NCBI GenBank assembly: GCA_040876345.1
Contig: JBBDPM010000006.1
Location: 392,547 to 456,546 of the forward strand
Direction of reading: 5' to 3'
Length of the DNA stretch: 64,000 nucleotides
Source of the DNA: Candidatus Woykebacteria bacterium
GTDB taxonomy: Bacteria > Patescibacteriota > Microgenomatia > Woykebacterales > RBG-16-39-9b
Numbering within the stretch: the stretch's first letter is position 1; each line of letters opens with the position of its first letter. A model generated the notes under the pieces. It was not told where the DNA came from. It did no database searches and saw nothing but the letters and a program-made list of their open reading frames with translations. The position numbers and the translations under genes were made by a program. This document shows positions 1 through 8,262 of this stretch, piece by piece.

Positions 1-20
1 TAGCTTTTGGTGATTCCATC

Positions 21-1310
21 CTAGCTTGGTAAAAGACTGTTTAAATTATAATTAGTATCGGAAAGTTTCTCTTTACTAGCGGTTATTTTAACACGCTTTT
101 TGATAAGTTCTGACACTGCATTTCGATCTTGGGAGAGATTTATCATGCTTGCACCTACTAAAACTCCTTCCTTGACGTGTAGGCGTCCTAGCTTACCTTC
201 TTGGACGGAACCTCTCTCAATAAGCTCTGTTTTTTCATCTGGAACAGGATCTCCCATAAACGCAAAAGGCACGTCAAATATTGAAATAGTATAGGCCGAG
301 ACTGTAGTGAACTGTTCACGGCTAGTTACTGACGATCCCCAACCGGCTGTCATATTTGGGCCAACAACTTTGCCTTGAGCAGCGGCATTGGACCAATTAC
401 CCATCTGGTGATATTTACCAAAAATAACGTCCTTAAATTCCGCAATGTCCCCAGCTGCCCAAACATCTTGCGTTTCGGTTTCCAAGTACTCGTTTGTAAC
501 AACACCTTTATTAATTTTTAAACCAGAGTCTTTCAAGTGATCCAAGTCCATGTGGATACCGACGCCGACTCCCGCAATTTGGGCTGGAATTTCTTGGGCT
601 TTATCTAGTTTAACCCCGCTCAAAGCTACATCACCAACAAATTCAGTTACTTGGGCTTGCGAGATAATATTGACCCCATTTTTTTCCAATATCTTGCCAA
701 TCAGCTTACCGGAGTTTTCACCAACCACGCTGCTCCAAAAATACGGCTCCCGGATAATGCAGGTGGTTTTTATTCCCGCTTTAATGAAGCTTTGAGAATA
801 CTCAATACCGATGAAGCCCCCACCAATCACTACTCCTTCTTTAGCTTTCCCCATTAAATCTTTAACTTCCTTAACATTCGCTACGGTGCGCAGATAAGTG
901 ACCCCTTTTAAATCCCCTCCGGGAATTGGTAGACGAGTGACCTTGCCACCAGAAGCAATTAGAAGTTTCTTATATTGTAGCTCTTCCCCATTTGACAGGT
1001 ATATATTGTTACTTTGAGTACTAATTTTATCCACTCTTAAACCGGTTAAGAGCTCTATATTTTTCTCTTTGTATTGTTCTGGTTTTCGAAGATAAAGTCT
1101 TTCAAAGGGTATTTGGTCTCGTAAATAATGAGGTAGCATCACTCGGGAGTAAAGTATCTCAGGCTCTTCCATGACAATGACAACTGATCCAGAAGAATCC
1201 TGCATGCGAATGAACTCTGCTGCAGTAGTACCGGCCACTCCTCCGCCAATGATTAGATAGTCCGCTTTGCGTCCTGCGACCACTTCGTGGGCTAAATCCA
1301 CTTGTTTCAT
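21..1310 (-). CDS. FAD-dependent NAD(P)H oxidoreductase (ferredoxin/rubredoxin reductase-like)
   Basis: GGGVAG FAD motif, GGGFIG NAD motif, AAGDIA motif; last gene of the SUF/ferredoxin run. Confidence 0.85.
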   Translation of the reverse strand: MKQVDLAHEVVAGRKADYLIIGGGVAGTTAAEFIRMQDSSGSVVIVMEEPEILYSRVMLPHYLRDQIPFERLYLRKPEQYKEKNIELLTGLRVDKISTQSNNIYLSNGEELQYKKLLIASGGKVTRLPIPGGDLKGVTYLRTVANVKEVKDLMGKAKEGVVIGGGFIGIEYSQSFIKAGIKTTCIIREPYFWSSVVGENSGKLIGKILEKNGVNIISQAQVTEFVGDVALSGVKLDKAQEIPAQIAGVGVGIHMDLDHLKDSGLKINKGVVTNEYLETETQDVWAAGDIAEFKDVIFGKYHQMGNWSNAAAQGKVVGPNMTAGWGSSVTSREQFTTVSAYTISIFDVPFAFMGDPVPDEKTELIERGSVQEGKLGRLHVKEGVLVGASMINLSQDRNAVSELIKKRVKITASKEKLSDTNYNLNSLLPS

Positions 1311-1336
1311 ATTTTTGATTATACAACCTTACTACT

Positions 1337-1361
1337 GTCGTTCTCAGCTTGACTGAGAATC
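1337..1361. repeat. REP-like palindrome flanking the GIY-YIG gene (3' side)
   Basis: gtcgTTCTCAG-cttga-CTGAGAAtc hairpin. Confidence 0.7.
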
Positions 1362-1659
1362 ATTTGACTATCTCTTCGTAAAGATCTTCAAAATTTGGGT
1401 TTTCTTTTATTATTATCTCTAACTTCCAATTTCTATTCCAATGCTTAAGTTGTTTTTCTCTCTTAAGAGCATCCTCTATGTGATTGAATATCTCAAAATA
1501 TAAAATCTTGTTCAAACTGTATTTCTTAGTAAAACTTGAAACTATCCCTTTTTTGTGTTCATAAACTCTTTTAACTAAATCATTAGTCACGCCAATATAC
1601 AAGGTAGGGCGTTCGTTGCCAATAATGTAAACAAAATAATTTTTGTCCTTGAGACTCAA
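1360..1659 (-). CDS. Stand-alone GIY-YIG nuclease
   Basis: YFVYI...LYIGVT.DL..R..EH, A.KREKQLK.W.R.WK. The track start at 1701 lies just upstream of the repeat and reads through it; TTG at 1659 is more plausible. Confidence 0.85.
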   Translation of the reverse strand: MSLKDKNYFVYIIGNERPTLYIGVTNDLVKRVYEHKKGIVSSFTKKYSLNKILYFEIFNHIEDALKREKQLKHWNRNWKLEIIIKENPNFEDLYEEIVK

Positions 1660-1670
1660 ACTAACGGGCA

Positions 1671-1695
1671 AGATTCTCGCTTTCGCGAGAATGAC
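1671..1695. repeat. REP-like palindrome flanking the GIY-YIG gene (5' side)
   Basis: Minus strand GTCATTCTCGC-GAAA-GCGAGAATCT. Confidence 0.75.
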
Positions 1696-1702
1696 AGACA
1701 AC

Positions 1703-2554
1703 TTACTTCATAGCTACGTATTCATAAAAATCCGCTTTTGGATCAAAGCCAGGAATCATGTCGCTATACATACCAAACAACCGAAACCCAGCGTCTCTTA
1801 ACAAGTTCTGCAAATCTCCACGTTTAAACGGGTAAACTTCTAGACTGCCAAGAACCTTATTTTCTTGCTTTGTATCAACGTAAGAAACTACCACTTTGCT
1901 GTCAGTAATTTCGGGCAGGATGCCTATAACCCCACCCTCAGAACTGTAAGTAGTTCTTCCTTTTTCTGCGCTACCCCCAACCCCATTGTAGCGTAGTTTA
2001 AAATTATTAATCGGGTCTTTTATAATATTTTCTCTATCATCTAAAATTGTTTGGTAATTCCGCTCGTCTATGATTAAGACCCCCCCCAAGCGTAAAATCC
2101 TTCTAAATTCAGAAACAGCTTGGAGTTGATTTTCCCTACCAAAGAGTTGGGTCAAGGAGTTACCCATGAGAACTACCGCATCAACAGATTCTGACTCAAA
2201 ACCGCTTAAATCCCGCCAATCGTAGGTAGTAATGTCCAGCTCGACGCTTTCTTTGGCAGCATTTTCCACTGCTTTCCTTCGGAATTCCCCGTCAATTTCG
2301 TTGCTGGTTACATTGAAACCAGCTTGTTTTAAAGATAGCGTATCTAAGCCGATGCCAAGGCCAGCGTCAAACACCTTCTCGGAGCCTTTTTCCTTAAGAA
2401 CACCTACCAAAAAATTTGCCCGATCTTCTTTTCCCTTTGCCCCAACAACCCTTTCCCAATGATCCGCTAGACCTTTATAGGTGTCCCCTTCACTTCTCGG
2501 TGCTTCATTACCTAGTGCTTCTGGTGGAATTTGTGTATCTCCAGGCTCTTGCAT
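1703..2554 (-). CDS. Class I SAM methyltransferase, glycine/sarcosine N-methyltransferase-like
   Basis: DAGLGIG SAM motif; GNSLTQLF, IDERNY..ILD and the YP..R...LL..AGF...YSD...DF..YVA.K C-terminus resemble GSMT/GNMT. Confidence 0.7.
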   Translation of the reverse strand: MQEPGDTQIPPEALGNEAPRSEGDTYKGLADHWERVVGAKGKEDRANFLVGVLKEKGSEKVFDAGLGIGLDTLSLKQAGFNVTSNEIDGEFRRKAVENAAKESVELDITTYDWRDLSGFESESVDAVVLMGNSLTQLFGRENQLQAVSEFRRILRLGGVLIIDERNYQTILDDRENIIKDPINNFKLRYNGVGGSAEKGRTTYSSEGGVIGILPEITDSKVVVSYVDTKQENKVLGSLEVYPFKRGDLQNLLRDAGFRLFGMYSDMIPGFDPKADFYEYVAMK

Positions 2555-2560
2555 AGTAAT

Positions 2561-2776
2561 TTAGGGGAAAACCTGCTCTCCTTTTTCATTTTCAACAATA
2601 ATAGCCAGTACTGGACAAGTTTTGGCAGCTTCAAGGATCTTTTCATCGGAATCACCGTTTTGCTGCTTAACAACTGCCTTAGCCTCGCTATCCAATTCAA
2701 AAGTATTTGGTGCAATGGCAACACAGTCGGCAGTTCCGATACATAACAGTCGATCAACCTTGACCTTCAGCGTCAT
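2561..2776 (-). CDS. Single-cluster ferredoxin (probably 3Fe-4S)
   Basis: CIGTADC...CPVLAI. Confidence 0.9.
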   Translation of the reverse strand: MTLKVKVDRLLCIGTADCVAIAPNTFELDSEAKAVVKQQNGDSDEKILEAAKTCPVLAIIVENEKGEQVFP

Positions 2777-3146
2777 CTTTAAGAGCCTCCCTAAGAGTGT
2801 CCAAACTCAGAAACGCACATTTTAATCTTGCCGGTGTTGGATTAATACCAATTAATTCAAGTATATCACTCGAGTTTACCTTTTCGACTTCATCGATCGA
2901 CTTTCCAACTACATATTCAGCCAATAGTGATGCGGAAGCCTGCGAAATTGCGCATCCATTACCACTAAACATGGCTTCTTCGATTTTCGATGTTGGATGT
3001 TGTATTTTCAATTGAAGTTTGATCTCGTCTCCACAAAGGGGGTTGACTAACCTCGCTTCAAGATCAGGTCGCTCAATCTCCCCCCGATTTTTTGGGTTTT
3101 TAGCGACTTCTAAAATAGCCTGTCGGTAGAGCTGATCTTCGATCAT
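2754..3146 (-). CDS. sufU: SufU/IscU-type Fe-S scaffold or sulfur carrier
   Basis: NPLCGDEI, GCAISQASAS, RLKCA. Confidence 0.92.
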   Translation of the reverse strand: MIEDQLYRQAILEVAKNPKNRGEIERPDLEARLVNPLCGDEIKLQLKIQHPTSKIEEAMFSGNGCAISQASASLLAEYVVGKSIDEVEKVNSSDILELIGINPTPARLKCAFLSLDTLREALKDDAEGQG

Positions 3147-4438
3147 ACCTTAAATATTTTCTTCGCCTTTTCAATCGCAGGCGAGAGCTTATCAATCTCC
3201 TCTTTCGTGTTATAAATATAAAAGCTAACTCTGGCAGCGGCTGGAATTCCAAGTACTTTCATGAGAGGCTGGGCACAATGATGACCGGAACGGACTGCAA
3301 TTCCAACTGAGTCCAAAATTGATGCAAGATCATGCGGGTGAATCGCCACTTCACCTTTGTCGTCAACGATATTAAATGAAATAACCCCAGCTCGTTTTTC
3401 TGTATCAGTTGGACCGTAAACAACAAGGTTCTTAACTTTTTCGAGCGTTTCTAATGCGTAGGCTGTGAGTTCTTTTTCATGATAGCGCACGTTTTTCATT
3501 CCAAGAGACGATAAATAATCCACTGCTGCTCCAAGCCCAACAGCACCGGCAATATCTGGAGTCCCAGCTTCAAATTTCCAAGGAACATAATTCCAGCTTG
3601 ATTTCTCAAGTGTCACTTCCATAATCATTTCTCCACCACTCAAGAACGGCTCCATTTCCTCAAGAAGTTCTTTTTTAGCATAAAGAACCCCAATTCCAGT
3701 TGGTCCAAGCATCTTATGTCCAGTAAAAACGTAGAAGTCTGGATTTATATTTTGAATAGAGACCGGCATATGCGGTACGGACTGTGCGCCATCTATCAGC
3801 ACCTTCGGTGCTGGTGATGAGTTTCTAGTTGAGAGTTCATGGATTTGCCTTATTATTTCTTTGACTGGGTTAACTGTTCCCAACACATTCGACACGTGGG
3901 TCACAGCCACCAATTTTGTCCGTTTGGAAATTTGAGATTTGAAATTTGTAATTTGTAATTGACCGAGTTCGTCTACTGGGATGAACTCTAATTTGGCTCC
4001 AATCTCTTTCGCCAAAATTTGCCACGGGACCAAGTTCGAATGGTGTTCCATCTCTGTCAAAAGTATTTCATCTCCTTTTTTTATATTTTTCCGGCCCCAA
4101 CTGTAGGCAACTAAATTAATCGCCTCGGTAGCGTTGCGGACGAAGACGATTTGGCGAGAGTCCCCAGCGTTTACAAAATTAGCAACCTTTTTTCTTGCTG
4201 ACTCATAAGCCTCTGTTGCTTCTTCAGAAAGTTTGTGAACCCCACGGTGAACATTGGCATTATAATTTTGGTAATAATCGGAAATTACGTCTATTACTTG
4301 ATGCGGTTTTTGGCTTGTAGCAGCGTTGTCAAAATACACCAAAGGCTTGCCGTAAACCTCCCTTTTAAGTATTGGAAAATCCTTGCGTATTTTTTCCACG
4401 TCTAGCGCGGTCTTTTGTTTAGTTAACATCTCTTTCAT
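3143..4438 (-). CDS. sufS: Cysteine desulfurase SufS
   Basis: YFDNAATSQKP, TGHKMLGPTG, RSGHHCAQP. Confidence 0.97.
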   Translation of the reverse strand: MKEMLTKQKTALDVEKIRKDFPILKREVYGKPLVYFDNAATSQKPHQVIDVISDYYQNYNANVHRGVHKLSEEATEAYESARKKVANFVNAGDSRQIVFVRNATEAINLVAYSWGRKNIKKGDEILLTEMEHHSNLVPWQILAKEIGAKLEFIPVDELGQLQITNFKSQISKRTKLVAVTHVSNVLGTVNPVKEIIRQIHELSTRNSSPAPKVLIDGAQSVPHMPVSIQNINPDFYVFTGHKMLGPTGIGVLYAKKELLEEMEPFLSGGEMIMEVTLEKSSWNYVPWKFEAGTPDIAGAVGLGAAVDYLSSLGMKNVRYHEKELTAYALETLEKVKNLVVYGPTDTEKRAGVISFNIVDDKGEVAIHPHDLASILDSVGIAVRSGHHCAQPLMKVLGIPAAARVSFYIYNTKEEIDKLSPAIEKAKKIFKV

Positions 4439-4489
4439 GGAGATTGGATTCTAACTCTTTGAGGCTGGAAATACAAGATTGGTCTATCT

Positions 4490-4801
4490 TTAGACCTCAA
4501 TAAGAACTTCGTCTCCTTCAACCTTCACTTTGTAAGTCTTGAGTGGCTCTGCGGCTGGTGGCACAGTATTTTTCCCGGTTTTTATATTGAAATGACTCCC
4601 GTGGCAATTACACTCTACTTCCTGGCCGTCAATTAAATAATCATCCGAGATTATACACTGCTCGTGGGTACAAATATTAGCTGTGGCAAATATATCCTTA
4701 CCTAACCTGTAAAGCGCGATTTCTTCACTGTTGATTTTGACACCTTTTACCTCACCCTCTTTAATACTAGAAAGATTTGCTGCTTTTTGAAATTCGGCCA
4801 T
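4490..4801 (-). CDS. Rieske 2Fe-2S ferredoxin
   Basis: CTH...CNCHGSHF; strong AGGAGGAGG RBS. Confidence 0.92.
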   Translation of the reverse strand: MAEFQKAANLSSIKEGEVKGVKINSEEIALYRLGKDIFATANICTHEQCIISDDYLIDGQEVECNCHGSHFNIKTGKNTVPPAAEPLKTYKVKVEGDEVLIEV

Positions 4802-4818
4802 TCCTCCTCCTTATGAAA

Positions 4819-5805
4819 TTATTCTACGTATTTTATACCAATTGCGTAAACCCCACCACGTTTTATTCTCTGATCATAATTAGTAAATGAGTTGATTATT
4901 TTAATCGCCTCCCCAATATCTTTTGCCTTAGGGAAAACATTCACTAAACCCTCAGTCTTGAGTAAATCATCGATGTTACGGTAGTGCTTTATATAACGTA
5001 CTTCTATTTGGGAGCTGTCAATGAAACCAATCTCATCATTTCCGTAACTAAAGTTAATAAGGTCTCCCTCCTTCATGTTTTGGTATTGATGCGAACCGAA
5101 GGGCGCCCGCAGCACGATATTAACCAAACCCGCCTTGAGTAAATTAAAGTTATCGTGATTCGTATTGAGAAGCCACTCTCGTTTACCGTCAATCACCCGG
5201 TAGACATCCCAAACCCAGTGAGAAAATGGTGAAAACTCCACAATTAGTTCCTGGCCTTCTTGAAAGCTGCGGAAGCGGATGTCTGAATAATTGTTCTCAT
5301 CGATTTTAAAGCCTCGAATGCTCCACTCTACCTTGGTCATTTTAGATTCAGTTTTCACTTCAAGTTTTACCAGCCGTCCTTGTACACTAAACACGGGGGA
5401 ACGTCTATCAAGATCAAACTCCCTGTCACCTGTATCTTTATATTTATGTTCAAGAACAACTTTTTCCCAATTCTCTAACTCACGCTGGATTAGCTTCTCT
5501 TTATACCCACCTGTAAGTAAGCTTTCCACCCTGTCTACTGCCGCTATTCTAGCAACCCGTCGCTTATAAGCTACCAATACCCACCAACCTCCAATGATAG
5601 GGGAGGCCAATCCAACTACATAACTGCCAACACTAACCAAAAACTGCGCGCCAAATTCGGGAGAACTTGGCACCTGAAACTGCCCTTCTCGGTAAGCTGA
5701 ATAAAGGGCTGCAACCTGCTCCTTAGAAAAAAGATACAAAATAAAAAAGAAAAGAGAAAAAACTAATAACGGAACGAAAACCTCAACTAATTTTTTAGCT
5801 CGCAT
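4819..5805 (-). CDS. Membrane-anchored protein with C-terminal ASCH-like domain
   Basis: Two N-terminal TM segments; C-terminal GD.I.F...Y...L..EG...FP...GV.AI pattern of ASCH/PUA. Confidence 0.55.
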   Translation of the reverse strand: MRAKKLVEVFVPLLVFSLFFFILYLFSKEQVAALYSAYREGQFQVPSSPEFGAQFLVSVGSYVVGLASPIIGGWWVLVAYKRRVARIAAVDRVESLLTGGYKEKLIQRELENWEKVVLEHKYKDTGDREFDLDRRSPVFSVQGRLVKLEVKTESKMTKVEWSIRGFKIDENNYSDIRFRSFQEGQELIVEFSPFSHWVWDVYRVIDGKREWLLNTNHDNFNLLKAGLVNIVLRAPFGSHQYQNMKEGDLINFSYGNDEIGFIDSSQIEVRYIKHYRNIDDLLKTEGLVNVFPKAKDIGEAIKIINSFTNYDQRIKRGGVYAIGIKYVE

Positions 5806-5808
5806 TAT

Positions 5809-6411
5809 TTAAATATTAAACTCTTTATAAAGAAAATTTTCTAGAGAGGCCTTTTCCCGAGTTGGAAGTTGCTCTAAAATCCCACTAAAGTATCCTTGCA
5901 CTATCAGCTTTTTTGCTTCTCTTTGATCAATTCCTCTACTCATAAGGTAAAACGTCTGTTCTTCGTCGACTGGTCCGACTGTTGAGGCATGACCAGCTTT
6001 TACTTCATTTTCATCTATCTCTAGAGATGGGATTGCTTCGGCTTTGGCGGTGTCTGATAACAATAACGCGTCTTCGCGAAAGAAAGTATTGGTATTTTTT
6101 GCCCCTTTTTTAATGGAGACTAGGCCGTAAAATCCGCCAACTGAGCGGTCTGTCAAAACTGATTTGATCAAAGTGTCACTTGTAGTATCTGGTGCTACAT
6201 GATCTATATCCACGTTTACTTTAACCTCATCTTTATTCGCCAAAAAGAAAGCCCCAATGACCGACAATTTCGCTCCCCGACCGATGAGTTTTGCTTTAAC
6301 GTTGATTTCGACTGGACCAGTTGTCTCCTTAGAGGCTGATCTTGTCGAAGCCCACACCAAAGGCAAAACCTTTTCCTGGTTTTCTTTTAAAGTGAGGTTG
6401 ATCTTTTTCAT
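5809..6411 (-). CDS. sufD: SufD (short, C-terminal beta-helix only)
   Basis: P.LEIDENEVKAGHASTVG, FYLMSRGI. Confidence 0.85.
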   Translation of the reverse strand: MKKINLTLKENQEKVLPLVWASTRSASKETTGPVEINVKAKLIGRGAKLSVIGAFFLANKDEVKVNVDIDHVAPDTTSDTLIKSVLTDRSVGGFYGLVSIKKGAKNTNTFFREDALLLSDTAKAEAIPSLEIDENEVKAGHASTVGPVDEEQTFYLMSRGIDQREAKKLIVQGYFSGILEQLPTREKASLENFLYKEFNI

Positions 6412-6413
6412 AT

Positions 6414-6776
6414 CTACATTGGAATGTCCCTAACCCTAAATTTATGGGAGTCTATAACAACAATTTTCCTAATAAAATCAGAATCTTTGTATTTCTCTAA
6501 AAATTTATCAATTATTTTAAATAAATTTTGGGGAATTTTTCCTTTGTGACGAATAATAATTAAACCGTATTTAGTGGTCCCACTTATGTTCCTTAGCCTA
6601 GTAAACCCAAGATCAAAGGTTAGTATAACTCGTTCAAGTCTATGTGCCTCTTCAGTAATTATGTTATCTGGAGATCTGGATAATCCTAGCTCCTTTACAG
6701 AAACTAAATCTACGTCTTTAGTTCTTAAGTATTCATTAATTAGGTGGGGGACATTTTCATCGGAGATCAGCTTCAT
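6414..6776 (-). CDS. DUF5615 PIN-like toxin
   Basis: MKLISDENVP...D..I...A....RVILTFD; overlaps the upstream DUF433 gene. Confidence 0.85.
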   Translation of the reverse strand: MKLISDENVPHLINEYLRTKDVDLVSVKELGLSRSPDNIITEEAHRLERVILTFDLGFTRLRNISGTTKYGLIIIRHKGKIPQNLFKIIDKFLEKYKDSDFIRKIVVIDSHKFRVRDIPM

Positions 6777-7032
6777 GTACCTTCTCTTTATCGATAAACT
6801 CAATATACTCGTGCTCTAAAGCTTTTGCGCTGTAGCGAAGGCAAGCATTAATATCCTTTTCTGTCAAATTGGGGTAATAATCTCGAAGGATTTCCTCGGT
6901 AGTAACACCAGTAGCAAGCAGGTCAATAATCATGTAAACAGGTATTCTGGTGCCAGCAATTACCGGTTTACCTACCATTATTTCATGATTAACAATTATT
7001 TTACCAATATCTTTTGGATCACGGTTTTTCAT
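6757..7032 (-). CDS. DUF433 antitoxin
   Basis: GKPVIAGTRIPV..I...G....I...YP.L..DI.A.L.Y; ATG at 7032 lies just after a TTGAAT-17-TAAAAT promoter. Confidence 0.88.
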   Translation of the reverse strand: MKNRDPKDIGKIIVNHEIMVGKPVIAGTRIPVYMIIDLLATGVTTEEILRDYYPNLTEKDINACLRYSAKALEHEYIEFIDKEKVHEADLR

Positions 7033-7222
7033 AGCAGCCAAATTTTAACACAGGCATCTCATCAATTCAATTGGAGTGGGTAAGTCAAAAAAAGAATAGC
7101 GCCGGGGTTGATCTCTGGAAACCCGCGCCCCGAAAGCCGCCACTTGCGACACCGATAGAACGCTAAAGCGTTCTGCAACCACTTTGTGGGCTAAGGACTC
7201 GAACCTACTATTCAGCTCTCCT

Positions 7223-7468
7223 CTATCTAGCCCAACGGTCCTCTATCTCCAAGTAGTTTTTGGTCTGCTCCTTTCTAGGTGGCCTAAGCTTCGTGTAGGA
7301 AAACCATAGAGAAAAGGTCGGTCCGTGCACCCAGCAGAGGGGCTTGAAAAATGTACCATTTACCAAACCCCTCTTGGCAAGGCGCCCCATACCATTTCCT
7401 TCGACGTAGACGAGCTGATCCTCACGCCACCGAAACTGGCCAAGAAAATTCCTCAAAGCGTCGGGCAT
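7223..7468 (-). CDS. Small orphan protein (81 aa)
   Basis: AAGGAGG RBS before ATG 7468; TTGATT-17-TAGTAC promoter upstream; no recognisable family. Confidence 0.5.
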   Translation of the reverse strand: MPDALRNFLGQFRWREDQLVYVEGNGMGRLAKRGLVNGTFFKPLCWVHGPTFSLWFSYTKLRPPRKEQTKNYLEIEDRWAR

Positions 7469-7622
7469 GGTAGTTTCCCTCCTTACTTCTACCATCTAAG
7501 GCATCAATACGTTATTGGAACCGAGGTACTAACAGAAAAAACGGGGATAATCAATAGTATAAGTTTATTAACCTACAGAGCCGATCATTTCCAATTGTAT
7601 CAGGCTAGTTCAAGTATAAAAA

Positions 7623-7847
7623 CTATTTTATTTTCATAAATTCTTCTACTGAAAGCCCGGTTTGGTTGATAATTGATCTCAAAGTACCAGTTTTTACATC
7701 CTTTGCGTGATATGGCACCGGGATGCGACTCTTACTACTCGGATTTAGCATTATATAATGGCTCCCAGAAATGTGATCAACAATATAGCCAATTTTCTTA
7801 AGTTTTGATATAACTTCCCGGGGTTTGAGAGGAGAGAGTTTTGCCAT
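7623..7847 (-). CDS. hicA: HicA toxin
   Basis: GSH motif, VP.H..D...GTL.SI. Confidence 0.9.
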   Translation of the reverse strand: MAKLSPLKPREVISKLKKIGYIVDHISGSHYIMLNPSSKSRIPVPYHAKDVKTGTLRSIINQTGLSVEEFMKIK

Positions 7848-8071
7848 CAGACGGAGACGGAAACCTTTTCAATTTCACCAGTCTCCTGAGGAACAGCTTC
7901 ACCGTGTTTCTTTAAAGAAGCAATATAACCTTCAATAGCATCTTTAATCATTTGCAAGGCTTCTTCTTTTGTGCCACCTTGAGTGGTACATCCTGGCAGC
8001 GCTGGTGCGGAAACAACATAGCCACCTTCTTCGGCCTTTTGCAGATAAACCGTATAGTTGAGAACTTTCAT
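7847..8071 (-). CDS. hicB: HicB antitoxin (short form)
   Basis: GGY.V..P.LPGC.TQG.T.EEA. Confidence 0.9.
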   Translation of the reverse strand: MKVLNYTVYLQKAEEGGYVVSAPALPGCTTQGGTKEEALQMIKDAIEGYIASLKKHGEAVPQETGEIEKVSVSV

Positions 8072-8098
8072 AAAAGCAATTATAGCACTTCTATTAAA

Positions 8099-8122
8099 GC
8101 TTGTCCTGAGCGAAGTCGAAGG
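8099..8122. repeat. Short interspersed repeat (GTCCTGAGC..GTCGAAGG family)
   Basis: gcttgtcctgagcgaagtcgaagg; related copies at 6335, 12362, 49155 and 62459. Confidence 0.7.
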
Positions 8123-8262
8123 AAAAAGTGCGCGGGCTGGACGGTTTAAGAAGGTTTGATCTGCATTTTACGTGCGCTGGGTTTAGTTCGAGGAAGTATT
8201 CGAGGGTGAGTTCTTTGACAATAGGTTCGGTCCCACTTCGCCAAGGCTACGAGGGATTTCGC

